Shown: piece by piece, positions 48,507 through 61,146 of the stretch
Layout of the letters: each line of letters begins with the position of its first letter
Position numbering within the stretch: position 1 is the stretch's first letter
Assembly (NCBI RefSeq): GCF_006345805.1
Contig: NW_021835991.1
Location: 186,001 to 250,000 of the forward strand
Direction: 5' to 3'
DNA length: 64,000 nucleotides
Source: Octopus sinensis
Taxonomy: Eukaryota
Made by a program: the position numbers and the translations under genes
Notes under the pieces: model-generated
The model's input: the letters and a program-made list of their open reading frames with translations, nothing else
What the model was told of the DNA's origin: nothing
The model's database searches: none

Positions 48507-51010
48507 GGAAAGAAAGTCAAGCGGAAAAAACGTCAAGTGGAAAAAAAGTCAAGTCCGTAAGCGGAAAAAAAGTCAAGTGGAAAAAAAGTCAAGTCGTCTT
48601 TGTTTACTTTATATTGTATCTTTTTCGCAATAATAGCAACTTTTAATTTTTAACAATTTTTTTCAATACTTGACTTTTTTTCCGCTTTACTTTTTTTCCA
48701 TTTTTGAAATTTATTCCCTTATAAATTTTCGAAATTTAGCGCAAAACGGAAAAAAAGTCAAGTCCGTAATTTCGTTAACGAACTTGACTTATTTTCCGTC
48801 TTAAAATAATCGCTTTTCCTAAATCAATTTAAGAACTTCAAAGTAATAATAAAAGTGGCCTGACTTATTTGCTTAATCTTACGCCTTGATCTTAAATATT
48901 ATGCATATTGTATCTTAAATATTATGGATGCCGCAAAAATAAGTGACAAAATGGAGATAATATCATCTAACAAAGGAGGAAAAAAAATTTGTTTCAAAGG
49001 TTATATGTATACAAGGCACTCGACAACAAAAAATTATATAATTTTTAATTGTGTTAAAAAGTCTTCGCAAGGATGCAGAGGAAGCTTAAGAACAGATCAT
49101 AACTTTGAGTTTCCTAAAGAAGGAACCTCTCACAATCACGAATTAGACGAAACTCAAATAAAACTGACGAAGTTGTGCAACAAGGCAAAACTTCTTGCAA
49201 AAAAGAGCCAAGAGAATCCCTTACAAATCTATTCAAATGTTGTTTCTCAATGTGATACATCATCCAGAATTATTCTCCCTTCTGCAGATTCTTTCAAGCG
49301 AACAATAAGAAATCAACGCTTGTCTCTACATATTCCAAAAAATATTCTAGATCTAGAAGATATTCCATCATTTTTAACTTCAACTCTTGGTCCGGATTCA
49401 GAAAACTTTTTAATTTATGATAATCAAAGAAGAAACGATAGACTTTTAATATTCAGCACCAATACTAATTTAACGTTATTGGCAAATTCCAAAGTATGGT
49501 ATATGGATGGAAATTTCTCTATGGCACCATGCATATTCAAGCAAATATATTTTATCAGAATTGAGTTCAATTCCAGTCCAATTACAGTTATTTATGGAAT
49601 ATTACCTTCTAAATCAAGAAAGATTTACGAAGAATTTTTTGAGACTATTCAAAATGCAATTCATAATTTGAATTTGGAATTTTGTCTTGAAACTATTATG
49701 GCAGACTTTGAAGATTCGGTATTTCGAGCTGTCCTTGCAGTATTTGGGAGACGAATACATATTAGAGGATGTTATTATCATCTAAGGCAGTCAACCTGGA
49801 GAAAAATTCAAGAATTGCATTTAGTAAAAGAATATAAAGAAAATATTAACTTCAACATTTTTTGCGCTATGATAGACGCTCTTGCGTTTTTGCCCATTCA
49901 AGATCTGGAAGAAGGAATAGAATTCCTAATAGATAATATACCAAAAGATGTTCCAGATTCAAAATATATAGTAGATTATTTTGATCGAACATATGTTCGT
50001 GGTTATTATCGTTGCTTAAATAAACAAGAAAACCCTTTATCTGTTAGAATACAGCACATTTCTCCATTGTTCCCTCCAATTTTATGGAATGTGTATGAAG
50101 CCACGCTCAATAATGATCAAAGAACAAACAACTATTGTGAAGGATGGAACAATAAATTATACAATTTGACGGGATATCGTCATCCATCGATATGGAATAT
50201 TATATCTTCTTTTCAAAAAGAAGAAAAAATGACGAAAACAATTATTGACCAGGATTCCATCGGAAGAAAAATTACGACAAGAAAAAACAAGAGTACACTC
50301 GATCGACAACAAAGGCTGCTAAATATATGTCTGGATCGCCAAAACAGAAAAAAGACAATAGGAGAAACCCTACAAGCAATTGCATGGAATATTAAATATT
50401 CTTTTGATTCGAATTAAATAATCCTTTCATCACGTTTAATAAAAATCTTTTTTAAATATTTAAAAATTTTTAAAAATAAAGAAAATCTGGACTACTCTAA
50501 GAATTTTTGTAAAATTTATGTGATTTATTTTCCGGAAGAAATGAAACAGAATAGATAAAACAAAGGAAGCGAACTATTTCGGCAGGCGAGAAGCTAACGC
50601 GAACGAAAAAAAGTTTGCGCATACAATTGCAAGTGATATCAGTTTTAAAAAACCGATATTCTGAACCAAGCTTTTAAAATTTATTTTCACAACGTGTTGC
50701 TTAGCTGTGGCAGAACATTTAAATGAAATTACAGTCCGTAATTTCGTTAACGAACTTGACTTTTTTTCCGTTTTGCGCTAAATTTCGAAAATTTATAAGG
50801 GAATAAATTTCAAAAATGGAAAAAAAGTAAAGCGGAAAAAAAGTCAAGTATTGAAAAAATTTGTTAAAAATTAAAAGTTGCTATTATTGCGAAAAAGATA
50901 CAATATAAAGTAAACAAAGACGACTTGACTTTTTTTCCACTTGACTTTTTTTCCGCTTACGGACTTGACTTTTTTTCCACTTGACGTTTTTTCCGCTTGA
51001 CTTTCTTTCC
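48507..51010 (+). mobile_element. Mutator-like (MULE) transposon with TIRs of about 250 bp
   Basis: Near-perfect inverted ends beginning GGAAAGAAAGTCAAGCGG, built from AAAAGTCAAG repeats; no TSD seen. Confidence 0.92.
48924..50417 (+). CDS. FLYWCH + MULE transposase, 497 aa, intact
   Basis: GYMY...C...C...HNH, YMDGNF, IMADFE, GCYYH, RTNNYCEGWN. Confidence 0.92.
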   Translation: MDAAKISDKMEIISSNKGGKKICFKGYMYTRHSTTKNYIIFNCVKKSSQGCRGSLRTDHNFEFPKEGTSHNHELDETQIKLTKLCNKAKLLAKKSQENPLQIYSNVVSQCDTSSRIILPSADSFKRTIRNQRLSLHIPKNILDLEDIPSFLTSTLGPDSENFLIYDNQRRNDRLLIFSTNTNLTLLANSKVWYMDGNFSMAPCIFKQIYFIRIEFNSSPITVIYGILPSKSRKIYEEFFETIQNAIHNLNLEFCLETIMADFEDSVFRAVLAVFGRRIHIRGCYYHLRQSTWRKIQELHLVKEYKENINFNIFCAMIDALAFLPIQDLEEGIEFLIDNIPKDVPDSKYIVDYFDRTYVRGYYRCLNKQENPLSVRIQHISPLFPPILWNVYEATLNNDQRTNNYCEGWNNKLYNLTGYRHPSIWNIISSFQKEEKMTKTIIDQDSIGRKITTRKNKSTLDRQQRLLNICLDRQNRKKTIGETLQAIAWNIKYSFDSN

Positions 51011-51529
51011 GCATACCAAATTTTCTGCATGGTATAAAATGTCTCAGCAGATATTTCACTACCGGAAAGAATTGTACGAAACTGTCTATGTCTCAATGCA
51101 TTGTTTCGGATATATATAATAATTTGTTTTACTTCATTGTGAATAAAGTGCTTGTTGGTGAAATGAAAAAGAAAAAAATTGTGTTTTAAAAAATTCAAAA
51201 TAAGTAAAAAAAACGATTAAAGAAATAAAATCAGAAAATATCACAAAAATGATGAAATTTCAAATAATTTAACCATTAAAAGAAACTACATCCCAAAATA
51301 TTCCTTTGAATCCAATTAAATATATAAATAAAGGTAAACCAAATAAAGACAACAGCGCTACATAATGCAAATAAATTAAGCCGTTTATGATAATTATTTT
51401 TAATAAAGGTTAACCATTATATAAAAATAGAATTTTATTTAATATGAATATTTTTAATTATTATTAAGGGTTTTTCTTGATTAATTAACACTATGAGCAT
51501 TATATTTAAGATTAGTTGCTCGATGACCT

Positions 51530-51585
51530 AATTGTGCCCACGGCCGCACATTCATCGACTCACGGCCGCACTTGCGCACCCCTGA
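51530..51585. mobile_element. Isolated hAT-like terminus
   Basis: ...GGCCGCACTTGCGCACCCCTG, the reverse complement of a CAGGGGTGCGC-type end. Confidence 0.45.
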
Positions 51586-52807
51586 TCTAGACATTCAGAA
51601 TTTAAAGTGGTTATGTAATGTGTTGACTAATTATTGCATAAAGGTAACTATAAATATGAAATAAACTATTTTTAGTTAAATTAGAACAAGTAAACACAAA
51701 AATTTATTTTAAGAACACAATTTTATCAAAAGAATATTTATTCTGAATAATTTAGATAAAAATCACGAAAATCTTAAAAACATTGACAATTATCACTATT
51801 TTGACAATTAAACACAAAAAACTCATTTTTAATTCCATAAAACAGTTTGATGTTTATATTTTTTGATTTTCATTGTCAACAAATTTATAAAATAACAAAA
51901 ATTTGAGAAAAATATTTTGCTTTTATTCGTCAATATAAATTGTAAATATCGAATAATTAATTTCAAAAAAAGAAAACGCGTCTTTTGATCCAAACTAACT
52001 CCATAATAAACAAATATTATAAAAAGAGTATTGTCAGCAAATTTTTCAATAAAATTAATATGTGACATAGGCAGCTCGATACGTATGGGCAACCGGTTAC
52101 ATTTTACTTTGAAAAATTTTAATTTACCCTTGAACAAATCATCTTATTTCAATCATTAAAGATTAATGTATTTTAACAAAAAAGATTTTAAGATAAATTA
52201 TTTTTTAGTCTTTCCATCACAGTCTGTCTTGCACGGTTCAGTCCCCTGACCAGCAACTTGGCATTAATCACCAATCTAATCTCGAGATGAATTGGCCGGT
52301 CTCTCAGAATCACCAAAAATCTAAACAGTCACAAAACATTCCCACCTTTCGACAACATTTCCTCAAATTTGATCTCAAAAAATCCATTTTTCACGATAAT
52401 TTTAATAATCTTTTATTTTCAATAAACGATTTAAATGATTGATAAATTAGATAAACATTAAATTTTTTCCAAACTACAACTTTTAACGCTAATTTTTATC
52501 AACTCACAAAGTTAGGACATACAGGGAAGAGTTGTATCACGATTTTGACTAATTTGATATTACTTTATTATATATAATTATTTGATATTTTTAATAAGCA
52601 TTTAAAAGTAGCACGTTTTTTCTTGTTTTGCTGTGTTATTCACTCTTGCCTTGATCTGTGCTGTCAGTATACTCACAGCCCCGGCCACATTATAATAACT
52701 TAATTATACAAGCTTACATTCTATTTTAAATATTTCATACTGATTTTTGTATCATTTGATCATATTTTCAGCAAAAATGCAATTTCAGCTTTCAATTCAA
52801 AATAATG

Positions 52808-54305
52808 TGTCGCGACCCACGCTGGCGACCATCCCACGCTGGCGACCATCAGTTTGACAGGTTATGACCTTCAGTTTGACAGGTGATTAGTTTGATATTT
52901 AATTTAAACCGGAAAAAATTCATTTTAAGAAATGGTTTAGCGTCATTTTAGAAAAAAAAATTATGGTTTCTCTCAAAAGATGTTAGCATGAAAAAAGCGA
53001 CTCAATTTATCATTATTAATGATCGGTATATTTGCGACTCCTAACTCATAGTCTTTATCTAAAGGACGAGAATAACCAAAAACACAAATTGGTCATTTGT
53101 CTGGACAATGAAATCGAGATGAGGACACTAGCATTCGCCATTTACTAAGAATCCCACTGCGGAATACGAAAGCTTCAGAAAAAGTGCAGTGAATTCTATT
53201 TCACTGTAAAACATCCAATCATCGAACAAATTATAAAAGACTGCGAGATTTGTAAATTTGCCCTACCATTAAAAGTATTTTAAAAAAATATACCTAGGTG
53301 TCGGATTCTAATTACCATGTAACTGCAGGAAAACCCAATGAAAGATTCCAGGCAGATCTTATTGATGTTAGAAGATATAAAGAGTTTAACGATGGATCTA
53401 ATTAGATACTGACAATTATTGACATCTACAGCAAATTTGTTGTTTGCAAATCTTTAAAAAATAAAACTGCTTCTGGTAAGACTTGAAATTTAATTGAAAA
53501 GTGGTGAATAAATTCCAAAAATTGTTTTATCAAATTGGATATTGTCTGATCTTGCAAACGGACAACGGGTTGGAATTCAAAAACCAACTTATAGCTCAAC
53601 TATGCGAGGAATAAATTTGAAATAAATTAGTGTGTAATTGAGCGCTTAACTAAATAGTAACTTTTTCCTATAATACGACACACCACTCGGCGATTAATGA
53701 GACCCCCTTCAAAAGTTTAGGGGTATTTCTGGAATTAACACTGTGATTTATGAAATACCAGGTTATAATCTTATTTATAATTTAGATGAAAATAACGAGG
53801 CATGGTAAATTTACGATGTATTTATTTTTAGAAACGAATAATAAAAGATTGTGGGACAAATCCGTCATTGAAGCTACACAGATTTGAATCCCCAAATGAA
53901 GAAAAGGGAAAAATAAAAAATATAATGTCTAAATACAGATTAATGGTTAGTTGTCTTTCCTAACAAACATTTAGTTCGAATTACGAAATAGTTACTATGA
54001 ATAGAGATAAAAATGTTAAGCTTTTTGATTTTTTAGCAATTATCTTTAGTCTGTAATTAGTGTCAAACTTTTTTTTTTTTTTTTTTTTTTTATCTACAAA
54101 AGTTTAATAAAACAAGACAAAAATTACAGATAGCTAAGTTAGTTAAAGGCCTCACGAGACACCCGACCAGCCGCGCGAATGGCGAAGACGTTCCCTCGGA
54201 TCACAGCAATAGTGTCAAACTATGTAGGTCGCCCTGTCAATCTTGTCAACAATGAAGGTCGCTCTGGTCGCCAGCGTGGGATGGTCGCCAGCGTGGGTCG
54301 CGACA
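52808..54305 (+). mobile_element. Ginger-like DNA transposon with degenerate intron-containing integrase
   Basis: Perfect 41-bp TIR TGTCGCGACCCACGCTGG..., TSD TAATG; CEIC, FQADLID, IDIYSK, QTDNG. Confidence 0.88.
54069..54209 (-). mobile_element. CRE-clade extreme 3' fragment with poly(A)
   Basis: Reads AVIRGNVFAIRAAG; about 12-bp TSD TAGTGTCAAACT. Confidence 0.85.
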
Positions 54306-54799
54306 TAATGTTTAAGCGGATTTTGCAGCTGGTAGGCTTTTAGAAGTGGAGAAGATATTCTGGATGGGAAGTACAACAATTTGATGATTTTGTCGAGTCA
54401 CTCGCTGTATTTGGTCCAGTGTTATGAAAGATCTGGTTTTGTTATGAAGGACGTGGTCAACGTTGAGTATAAGGATATTCTGCAAGTTCGGACAAGTCAC
54501 TTTGATGTGATTATTAGGTTAGTATTGTAGGGAAGAGTTGTTGTGTTGTGATCTGTGAGTGATGTGGCATGTGCAAGTACTGTCTTTCTTTCAAAAGTAC
54601 GATTTTCTTCTTTATTCTATACCAAAAAAACTTTAATTTATAATTGGCAACTTCAATTTTATAATCAACAACATCGATTTTATAGTTGACAACCTCAATT
54701 TTATAATTGGCAACTTTAATTTTAAAATTCGTAAGTTCAATTTTTTAATTTACAATTGAAAAAATCGACAACGCATAAAATTAGAGAAAAAAAGGAAAA

Positions 54800-55200
54800 A
54801 TGGGCGTTATTTTTAAAATTGGACGTCTTTCATGTGAATTGGACTTGGAAGTTTGCGCTGAATTTGCGCTATAAAGTCAACACATTTTTGAACAGTGTTT
54901 TCTTCAATAATTCTCTCAAGACACCGTAAGCGATATTCTTTTTGTGTCAAGTCCGTTTGACTATTTTTAAGATGAATAGATCTTTATCACTCCTGTCTTT
55001 AAAATTGACCATCCATTTTCAATTGGGTGATTATAGGCGTATATGGCACCAATCGAAGAATTCGATGGATTCTTCCAGTCGTAAATGTCATGGGCGATTG
55101 TCAATTATAACCGGAGTTGTTTCATAGGCCTTGAGAAGACAGTTCCTGACACTTGTACTCGGCATCAAAAAATTTGATTAAATGCCGTATATTTCATGTG
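54800..55200 (-). mobile_element. IS630/Tc1 relic
   Basis: HPIENGWSILK and EYRLRCLERII, resembling the 36512 transposase. Confidence 0.5.
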
Positions 55201-55622
55201 AGGGGTTTCCTATTAGGTACTATCAATTATAATTTTGTGATTAAATTATTGTTTTATTTTTTTCTGTTTATCCCAATTAATAATTTTTTGATAAATATTT
55301 TTTACACGTGATTATTTGTTGGTGTTTGGTTGTATATATCCTTTATAGTGTTTTTACTTATTTTAATAGAGATCAAATGAATTTATGACTTTTATAATCC
55401 TTAGAAACTAGGGATTATATAAGTTAATTGTGTATTCATACATTCATGTTTTAATCTTTATTGATATTCCATTTGTATAATTCATAATTTATGTAAAACA
55501 GTTCTATTAATGCCTGTTTTAATTTTCTTATTTATTTCTTTCTCATTTTTCCTTTTCTATATTTTACTTGCATTTGATTTGTTATGTCTGATATCTATAT
55601 ATTTTGTTGGTGTTTGTTTGTA

Positions 55623-56911
55623 CAGTATAACCTCCATTTGGGGCATCAATTTTGAAAAATTGCCCCAAAAATAGAGGTTTCCCCAAAAATGGAGGTCTGA
55701 AATTTTCTTTATTTTTATAAAAATTTTAATAGTTTTAGCATATTTTTCATTAATTTATAAATAAATAAAGTATTTTTAAGAACATTTAAACATGTTTTCC
55801 ACTAATTTTATTGATAATTAGAGTATTTTTCAAGTAGAAAAAAATTTTTATTCTATTACACGAAAATAATCTGTTATTTGTTTCCTGTTGCAGATTTCTT
55901 CATATGTATGCCCAATATTTTTCTGAAATTGTAATAGTCTTTTAACGCATCGGGAAACAAACGGTGAATATTCTCTTCAAGGTTATTCATTGCTGTTATC
56001 GTGTCCAAGTGTGAACAGTTGCATTCAGTTTGGTCATATATTGACTCATCATTATTTCTTCTTCATTTTCAGCAATTACGTCTGCAATTATCGTGTCCAA
56101 ATTTTCTTTTTCACTGTTAACTAAAAAATTTGAACTAGGAATCTGTTGCCGACAGTTATTAATTGTTTCCCAACAATTCGTTATTGTTTCAGGATTTAAA
56201 TTTTGCCATGTTTTTCCAACAATTATTATGACATGACGAAGATTTATTTTTTTTAAATTAACAATTTGTAACTCAACGTCCTCAAAATAAAGAGTAAAAT
56301 CCAATAAAGCGTTAAGATAATTGGACTTGAAAGATTTAATAATACCCATGTCTAACGGTTGAATTAATGACACAGGAATAAATTCTTCCCTTGTCTTGGT
56401 GAAAGCCTCAAAAACAATTTTATCCAATTTTTGGGATAAAGTATGAGGAGAGCGTTGAATATTTCTGGGAAAATCTGTTTGAACAGCCCCAGTATTAAAA
56501 AAATTGAGATAATTTTTTTTAATACGTGACACAGCGCCTAAAAACTTACATTAATAAAAAACCTTTACTAATTTTGTACTTATCTACAATATCTCGTTCA
56601 GTAAGATGTTTATTTTCACTTAATTCCTTGGCAATTTTGATCTTTAACTCAAGACTAAGCTTACGAGCCATAACAACAAGAATACAAAAATTACACGAGG
56701 CTTCCAAATGAAATTTTATATAATTAATTTTAATAGCAAATATGTATATAAATTAAAAATCCTGTGCCCCACTTAGAGGTTCCGGTAATTTCTAAATTTG
56801 GAAATTACCGCATAAAAATTATATCCTTTTCAAACTACCCCAAAAATAGAGGTTTCCCCAAAAATAGAGGTTCCCCAAGCCAGAGGTCTGCCCCAAATGG
56901 AGGTTATACTG
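55623..56911 (-). mobile_element. pogo/Tigger element, internally deleted
   Basis: 22-bp perfect TIR CAGTATAACCTCCATTTGGGGC, TA flanks; HTH MARKLSLELKIKIAK and IQPLDMGIIKSFK. Confidence 0.88.
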
Positions 56912-57139
56912 TAGTAGGTTTGTAGTAGGTCTCTCAACAATTTATTCAGATTTGCAATTTAGTCAGACCACTTTCTTCAAAAGAAGTATGCAACAACTTA
57001 AGATCACTTTTCTGCCTATATGGACATTGCAAAATTTTGCAATCAGATAATTTTTCAGAATTCAAGAATGTGTCTCTGAAACATTTCTAACGAATATTGA
57101 TTTTTTAAGTACCGGGGGAAAAAAACCTAGTCTTAGGTA

Positions 57140-59250
57140 CCGCGAGCACAAAAAGGTTGGGAAACGCTGATATAAAGAAACACTAGAAAAAATCAAAGAA
57201 ATAAAGGACCCCAACTTTGATACATCGTCAATCGAGCGGGATGAACGATACAGGCTCACAAATCGGAAAGGAAATTTTATTTTGAAACATATTTTCGAAT
57301 GGGTTAAATTACGTTTTTCTGTGATGAATCGAATTAAGTGCGTTGAGGCGCAACTTAATAAATAAAAGTTAGGCGGAACATAACCACTTTGGGAGAGATC
57401 GGCTTTTTTCGAAATTAAGAAATCTCAAATATGGATTTAATAAAGAAGAAATCTGTAAGGTGATTTCGTTTTGTGCTTTCTGTCTGGTAATAACTCCTTT
57501 CAGTAAATATTTCTAGTCCAAAAAATTATTGTCTACGAATCCTCCAATTACACCAATCATTGCAAGATGAATGGTCAGATACATTGCGGATTTAATTGAC
57601 CTCAGAATATATTCGGCGATGAATGATGGCTGGGTATGATATGTTGCTAAAATAGATTTTGGTAATTGTAGATTCTTTTTCCAAATATGTAATGCTTGAA
57701 CTGCCTGTGACAGAAATTGCAGATTTATTCCAAATAATTTTTTATTATGCCGGGCCTCGGCTTATTCTACACACTGATAATGGAAAGGAATTTTGCAATT
57801 CTCTAATGGATGCTCTATGTACTAAATATGGTATAAAACATGGGATCACATAAAACAAACGCCCCTGGGGGCGTTTGTTTAATATGTGTAAAGTTAGGGG
57901 CGTTTATTTAATATGTGTAAAGTTAGGGGCGTTTGTTTAATATGTGTTATGTTGATGTTATAAAAAATTATATTATAATTTTTCCCATGTTTATTGTAGG
58001 TAGTACATACGAAACAACTTTAAGAGAACTTCTAGGAAGTGATACAATCGGGATAATATCATTTTTTTAAGGCAAAAGGACTAATGAAATCAAAAATGAT
58101 GTGTGTTTACTGCAGAAAAGAAATGGTTTGGGTTTTCAAGCGTACCTTATCTGACCAATATACTTGGAAATGTCAGAATCAAAACTGTTCAAAATACAAG
58201 ACCACATTGTCAATACGAACAGGTTCTGTTTTGACTACTTCGAGTATAAGTCTCAAAACATGGTTAGATATTTTGTATAGGTGAAGCAATGAAGAATCAA
58301 TTGTTATGATTAAAAAATCACTGAATGTATCATCTCCAACACTTATAGAAATTTTTAAAACCATTAGAAAATGTATTAACAGACACTTTGAAAGTAATCC
58401 CGTAAAATTGGGTGGAGAAAATGTAGTCTGCCAAATCGATGAAAGTCTCTTTTGTCATAAACAAAAGTACCATCGGGGTAGACTAGCTAATTCTCAAGTG
58501 TGGGTATTCGGTATTGTTGATACCTCATTTTCACCGGCAAAACGTTTTATGCGAGTGGTTCCAAATCGATCAGGGCCACTTTAAAACCAATTATATGTGA
58601 AGTGATTCTGCCAGGATCAATTATCCATAGTGATGAATGGAGGGCCTATTCCAATTTGAATGTTTTTGGGTATGACCACGCTACTGTAAACCACTCAAAT
58701 AACTTTATTGAACCAACCACCGGTGTTCATACCCAACATGTGGAGTCCTATTGGAATAAAAACAAATTGCGTTGTAAGAAAATGAAAGGTGTCAAAAAAG
58801 AATTTTTACAAGACTACCTAAACGAATTTATGTGGCGTGACAACGTAATTGGTGATCCTTTTGAAAAGTTAATGGAGCTTTTGAAAAATTATTATGTTGT
58901 TCAATAAACTTGTTTCTAAAGTATAGTATTTATTTATAAATTTGATTTTTAGTTTTACATTATTTTAATGTTTTCGTCGAATGTTTGACATGTATAAATT
59001 TAGGGGCGTTTGTTTAATATGTGTAAATTTAGGGGCGTTTGTTTGATATGTGTAAATTTGGGGCGTTTGTTTAATGTGATCCAAAACATGTACGTGGGAG
59101 GCCTCATGCTCCTTTGATACAAGGGTAAGTCGAGAGGTTAATAATTTAAAATCGATTTGTAGATTCAATCAAAGCATAAAACGCTGGATATCGTCGGCAA
59201 GTTCTTCTCAAAAATGTTTTGGACGATATTTCCCATTTTATATATTCATG
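57140..59250 (+). pseudogene. Intron-containing integrase interrupted by Merlin
   Basis: HNH...CAFC|intron|...IADLID...|intron|ILVIVDSFSK, LHTDNGKEF, KYGIKH[Merlin]VRGRPHAP. Confidence 0.75.
57843..59082 (+). mobile_element. Complete Merlin element
   Basis: TIR GGATCACAT..AACAAACGCCCC, 8-bp TSD AAAACATG; transposase carries a TGA stop and frameshifts. Confidence 0.92.
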
Positions 59251-59428
59251 GGTGTTGAAAATCCTGGAAGGATTGTAGAAGCGGAAATTTAGCAACCTAT
59301 AGCTTATGATTCGACAGGATTATCAAATGTTCGATAAAGTGCATTAGAAAATTTAATAATTGCTGACGAAAAAAAAGTTGAAAAAAGAAATTATCATAAA
59401 AATAAACACAGCAAGATTTATCTCTTTA

Positions 59429-60651
59429 CAGTGCAACCCCTTATTGGGCGACCCCGGACGTGGGGCACCCTCGGGTTATGGGGCAATTTGAATTTCTATT
59501 AGGAGTTGTTCTGTTTATTCTTTATAAGATAAACCCCGTTATGGGGCATTTAATATTTTATATATTTTTTAGTTATAATTTTTGAATTTAATTTTATAAT
59601 AACTAATAATAACGTGTTTCTGTTGTTATGCCGAAGAGAATTTCTGTCAAAGACAAATTAGAGATTGCAAAGGCTTTAAAAACGAAAAATATGTCTGAAA
59701 GACAAGCAAAGGGACTATTTCTAGAATCAAACGAGAAATATATAATTTTGGTGGATGTGAAGGTTCTGAGGGCTTCAGAGAACCCGATAATAGTGATAAA
59801 CATTCATTTCTCGATAAGGTCGTTTTTACTTCATTTCAAAAGTAATAATTAAGTTGCATAAATTTCTATAGATTAAGAAATAATAATTTAGTAGTTTCCG
59901 GACCATTATTACAATCTACTGCCAAGAAAGCAGCTCAAATTTTAAATTTACCAGAATTTAAAGCTTCCAAGAATTTAAAGCTTGATCGTTTTAAGAAACG
60001 GCATCAACTTTTTTAAAAAACAATTTCTGGTGAAAAAAAGGTGTCTACTGACAAATCCGCCCTACTCAGACTATTGGAGATTGCACCGGATAAACTTGGA
60101 GAATGGTTCTTAATCATGAACACGGACAAGACTGACGTGGTCGATGTATCACGCTCGGATACCCAAACTATGGTTAAAATGGAGACTTTCGAAGAAGCTT
60201 GACTCTCTGCTTGGAGACCGGGAAGACATCATGCGGAGAAAGCTACTGGCCGCTGTTGCTCTAAAATCCGTCATGAAAGATTGGCTACGATATTGCCCCG
60301 GGAACGCATTATATGACGGAGTTATAAAATGTCAATCTATCAAGGAACTAATTTTTTCAATTAATGCTATGGAAGATGGCATTTTTCAGCATGCTCCAGA
60401 GATATTAAATAAATTTTATAATTTTAAGAAGTTGACAATTGATCGATTAAATCAAAAGTACAAATTCGGAGCGAAAATAACGGATCATTTCCCGGCAAGT
60501 AAAGACTAAAATTGTTAAATGAAATTAAGAATAAACATCTTTTGGTTTTAAATTTACAAAACGTTAGTTTTTTTCGTTAATATTACAAAACCCCTCTATC
60601 TGGGAAACCCCTGTTTTGGGGCACTAGGTGCCCCAAAAAGAGGTTAGACTG
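59429..60651 (+). mobile_element. pogo/Tigger element (copy B)
   Basis: TA-flanked TIRs; contains only the RTE fragment. Confidence 0.9.
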
Positions 60652-60736
60652 TATTTCAAAACAAATCTAGGCCTTTTTGCATAATCTGCAAAATTTCTTT
60701 GGCCAATAGTTCAATGAAATTATCAAGATTAATACA

Positions 60737-61146
60737 GATTAATCTCCCGTTTGAGTTCGGCAAGTCTCTGTTATGGGATGCGACGTGTTCAGACACTTTC
60801 TCGGAGCTCAACCTTCCTTCTTCAGCTGTCGAGCCTGGCTCAGTCTCTCGCAAAACCGAGAAGATGAAGATTGGAAAGTACAAGGAGCTCTCTGAACGGT
60901 ATTTGTTCACTCCCATCGCCATCGAAACTTCCGGCGTCATCGGCGAAAAGTCTCTTTCCTTTCTAAAAAAGCTTGGCCGCATGATCTCCCATAAACGGGG
61001 AGACCCACGCGAGTCCAAGTGGCTTTTCGAAAGGATTTCCTTGGCCATAGTACGTGGAAACTATGTTTCCATTTACGATGCCGGGAATTTAGTTAGTTAA
61101 TAACTATTTGTTAATTACATATAACTTTTGGACTAAAAAAATAAAA
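60737..61146 (+). mobile_element. CRE-clade 3' fragment specific to copy B
   Basis: RLE C-terminus; AATACA duplicated; empty site in copy A at about 40757-40765. Confidence 0.88.

Noticed and set aside
57843-59082. Bacterial IS1595 contamination
   Set aside because: It is inserted with a TSD into an intron-containing gene in eukaryotic context, consistent with Merlin.
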